From Thalia democratica (taxonomy: Eukaryota): a stretch of DNA of 64,000 bases. Both the position numbers and the translations under genes were made by a program. Below are positions 60,457-64,000 of the stretch, piece by piece; position 1 is the first letter of the stretch; every line of letters starts with the position of its first letter. The stretch covers positions 67,518,001-67,582,000 of the forward strand of contig OZ241827.1 of NCBI GenBank assembly GCA_965202585.1, in the 5' to 3' direction. Under the pieces are notes generated by a model. The model had not been told where the DNA came from. It was given only the letters and a program-made list of their open reading frames with translations, and did not search any database.

Positions 60457-61415
60457 CTTAAGTCATATTTATGCTCAATATAGAAGTACTTAGTATATTA
60501 AAAGCCATGATTTATAGTTTTTTACTGAAAGTTATGTTCAGTTTTCTAACTTACACCAAAAAGGATTTATTTTTGTTACAAAGTTCCACTTGGATCAAGA
60601 AAACTTTCAAGAAAACTATCAACAAAACAGATAGGTTTTACTTAATATAAACATTAAATTAAGACTTAGCTAAACTTTTCTAAAGGTACAGCACAACTAT
60701 GTTGAACTATACAAATATATTATTCAATAACCATTTGAAATACGACTAAATTTTAATTCTTTATGTTATTTTAATTAATTTAAATTATTTTTAGCAGTAT
60801 AACAACTTTTTTATAAAAGTAATAATTGACTAAAAACACTGAATTATACTATTAGATAATTAGTTTAGTAAAAAGAGCTGGAAATTGATATTAATATATT
60901 TAAAAGTGTGAAAAGTAACTTAAACTTATAACAGAAATACTTTGATGCATTTGAACATATACTTAATTACTATTTTTAACTAATAGTAACAACTATTTCT
61001 AAAACATTACGTACTTTTTAAAATAATTTAATGATAAGTTTTTTTTCTATCTAGTATATGATTTGTATAAGAACTAATTTAGTTTTATCCTTTATTTACT
61101 TCAAACATCACTAAACTTAAACAAAGATTTTTTAAATGTCATTCTTATATGCTAGTTGTAAATTATGTAAATCTTAATATATATTAATCATTTAGTTATA
61201 TTAAATTCTCTATTTTCCTACAAAAACAACTTAGGTTAGTGTCTATATTTAACTTTATTAAATTTTAGTTTCACATATATAAGTTCAGCTCGTAGATCGA
61301 AAGTTTTTAGATTGAGGCTGAACAACAAGTTTCAATAGAAAGGAAATAAAGATGTCACTCTACTGGAAGTTTGTTGTCTGATGGTATTGGGACAAAAATT
61401 TTTTTAAGTTATCAG

Positions 61416-62241
61416 CAGGGGCGTCGCCTGAAATGGAACACTGGAGCTGTCGATCCACCTAAAAAACAAATATAAAGTGTACAAAAATTTTCAATATTAG
61501 ATTTTAAGCTTTTAAACACGTTGCTTTAAATGGGGCCCTGCTTCGGCTGTACCACCCCAAACTGAGTCAAAAAATTTTTTTTAAAGCTTAGGAATTGAGC
61601 TTTAAAATAATAATGAAACTTTTGTGTAAGCTTAAAAAATAAGTAAGTTATTTAATCATGAAGTTGTACAAAAAATACAGCCAAATTGATACAACATTGG
61701 TCTTAATTACCCAGCTAAATTATTTTATTTCAATATTTTTTATTTGATGTTCAAAATGGCCATAAAGTTAGAGCTGCAAGCTCAATCTTTGTCAGCTGCA
61801 TCTTAAACGCATACTAGTTTTCAATGCAATAATTTTAAAAAGGTGTATTCTGGAGCTCCATGAACTTTCAGCACTATGTAGATTAAATCATGGTAGTTGT
61901 TGAAAATTCACTACAACGCGAGAACAACGAATAAAAGCAGGAGCAACTTGAGCAGGAAAAGTTCGATCAGAGATAACTCGAGCAGGAAAGCTTTAGGAGA
62001 ATCAGAACAGATTTTTTTTCGATTAAAAGTAGTTAAAACTTTTAAGAACCTGTAATTTTTGCACTATATATATATTTTTATAATCATTTAGATTTTTATA
62101 GCAAACAAATGTTTTGTTACATTTACAAATTTATGTAGTTGTATTAAAAAAGGCCTGGACTAGTTCAAATAAAAGTTTAGAAGTATGGTAGTCTTTTTAA
62201 ATCTCTGCATTCCCTAACAAAAATACCACGCGACGCCACTG
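61416..62241 (+). mobile_element. hAT-type non-autonomous element
   Basis: TIRs CAGGGGCGTCGC / GCGACGCCACTG; perfect 8-bp TSD GTTATCAG (61408-61415, 62242-62249). Confidence 0.85.
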
Positions 62242-62849
62242 GTTATCAGTAAAATTAACAAACAAAGAACGGTATTTAAACACTAGTGTAGATATTTTTT
62301 ATTTGATGTTCAAAATGGCCATAAAGTTAGAGCTGCAAGCTCAATCTTTGTCAGCTGCATCTTAAACGCATACTAGTTTTCAATGCAATAATTTTAAAAA
62401 GGTGTATTCTGGAGCTCCATGAACTTTCAGCACTATGTAGATTAAATCATGGTAGTTGTTGAAAATTCACTACAACGCGAGAACAACGAATAAAAGCAGG
62501 AGCAACTTGAGCAGGAAAAGTTCGATCAGAGATAACTCGAGCAGAAAAGCTTTAGGAGAATCAGAATAGATTTTTTTTCGATTAAAAGTAGTTAAAACTT
62601 TTAAGAACCTGTAATTTTTGCACTATATATATATTTTTATAATCATTTAGATTTTTATAGCAAACAAATGTTTTGTTACATTTACAAATTTATGTAGTTG
62701 TATTAAAAAAGGCCTGGACTAGTTCAAATAAAAGTTTAGAAGTATGGTAGTCTTTTTAAATCTCTGCATTCCCTAACAAAAATACCACGCGACGCCACTG
62801 GTTATCAGTAAAATTAACAAACAAAGAACGGTATTTAAACACTAGTGTA
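61732..62849 (+). repeat. Recent 559-bp tandem duplication
   Basis: ~61732-62290 is repeated at ~62291-62849 almost without change; it includes the right TIR and TSD (second copy at 62789-62808); junction microhomology ATATTTTT. Confidence 0.92.
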
Positions 62850-63292
62850 GATATTTTTATAATGCTTTTTAAAAACGTTCATCTTGAGTAGCAAAGACAG
62901 TTTTAACAAAAAAATTCTGTTACACACCATACAAGGGTCTGCAGCCTTTTTAAGTCGCTGGTCATTTTTCTATAAAAGTTGCTCGTAGGCCGCGGGTAGT
63001 TGAAGTAGTAATAAATTAAAAATATTAACCTAAACCAATGATGTAAAAAAATATGCAATAATGAAGCTTTCGTAACTAGTAACAACTTAAAATCGATCCT
63101 AGTTGTAAGTTTTTACAACATTTATTTTATTTTTTAGAAATAGTATCATTTTAGCAAACAAGTATCTCGCGGGCTGCAGCTTTTCGCTTCGCAGACCACA
63201 ATTTGCCAAATTTTAATTCATCTTACTTGACATCAACTTAAACTTTTAAATATTAGCTACAATTTTATTTTCAATTACTATAAAGAGGTCAG

Positions 63293-64000
63293 TCTACTGG
63301 AAGTTTGTTGTCTTATAGTATTGGGACAAAAATTTTTAAGTTATCAGCAGGGGCGTTGCCTTAAATGGAACACTGGAGCTGTTGATCCACCTAAAAAATA
63401 AAAATAAAAGGTACAAAAAGTTTTAGTTTTCGAGTTTAAGCTTTTAAATACGTTGCTTTAAATGGGGCCCTGCTTCGGCTGTACCACCCCAAACTGAATC
63501 AAAATAATTTATTTAAGCTAAGGAATTGAGCTTTAAAATAAAAATAAAATTTTTATATTAGCTTAAAGAATAAAAAAGTTATGTAATCATGAAGTTGTAC
63601 AAAAAATACAGCCAAATTTGTACATGAACGTCGTTAATTTCCCTGCTAAGTTAGTTGTTTTAATATTTTTATTTGATGTTCAAAATGGCCATAAAACTAA
63701 AGCTGCAAGCTCAATCTGTGTCAGCAGCATTTTAAACGTATACAAGCTTTTAATACAATAAGTTGAAAAAGGTGAATTCTGGAGTACCATGAACTTTCAG
63801 CACCATGTATATTAAATCATGGTAGTAGTTTAAAGTTCACTACAACGCAAGAACAACGAATAAAAGCAGGAGCAACTTGAGCTGGAAAGCTTAAGGAAGG
63901 AAATTCGAGCAAGAAAAACTCGAGTAGCGGCAACTCGAGCAGGAAAACTCGAACACAGACAACTCGAGCAGGAGAAACTTGAGCAGGAAAGCTTAAGGAG
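63293..64000 (+). mobile_element. Older duplicated copy of the 61.36-62.0 kb segment (flank, TSD and hAT element), runs off the window
   Basis: CTACTGGAAGTTTGTTGTC..GTATTGGGACAAAAATTTT..GTTATCAG-CAGGGGCGTTGCC at 63293-63360 repeats the flank of 61416; expanded 15-nt repeats at 63865-64000. Confidence 0.8.

Noticed and set aside
1-64000. tRNA, rRNA or spliceosomal snRNA genes
   Set aside because: No T-loop GTTCRA/box A-B pair or U1/U2/U6/5S signature was noticed by eye; a tRNAscan-SE/Infernal run would be needed to exclude them formally.

Overview
Very AT-rich, intron-containing eukaryotic (metazoan) genomic DNA, probably from a tunicate. That assignment rests on my recollection of the Ends protein family, not on a search. 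Four gene loci could be reconstructed exon by exon. (1) An intron-retaining ABCE1/RLI1 copy on + (1.4-5.0 kb) with two frameshifting deletions, a probable unprocessed pseudogene whose 5' exons are not visible in the window. (2) A 7-exon, 250-aa RanBP1-domain gene on + (32.5-42.0 kb) whose introns hold decayed copies of its own exon edges. (3,4) Two tandem 9-exon genes on - (44.1-47.2 and 56.6-59.7 kb) encoding 598-aa secreted, Cys/Tyr-rich helical proteins resembling ascidian endostyle-specific Ends1/Ends2; their exons are ~99% identical while most introns are strongly diverged. The rest is transposon-rich: two Foldback-type giant palindromes with TSDs, hAT- and Mutator-type MITEs, LINE, Penelope and NOF/MULE fragments, and decayed coding remnants. 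The most unusual signal is four separate inverted-repeat loci (17.5, 39.0, 41.5 and 52.3-53.5 kb) that each carry a minimal type I hammerhead ribozyme motif. All have a palindromic stem III and U at the cleavage position. One is still attached to a Penelope GIY-YIG ORF, and two lie in introns of the RanBP1-like gene. No tRNA, rRNA or CRISPR array was seen.
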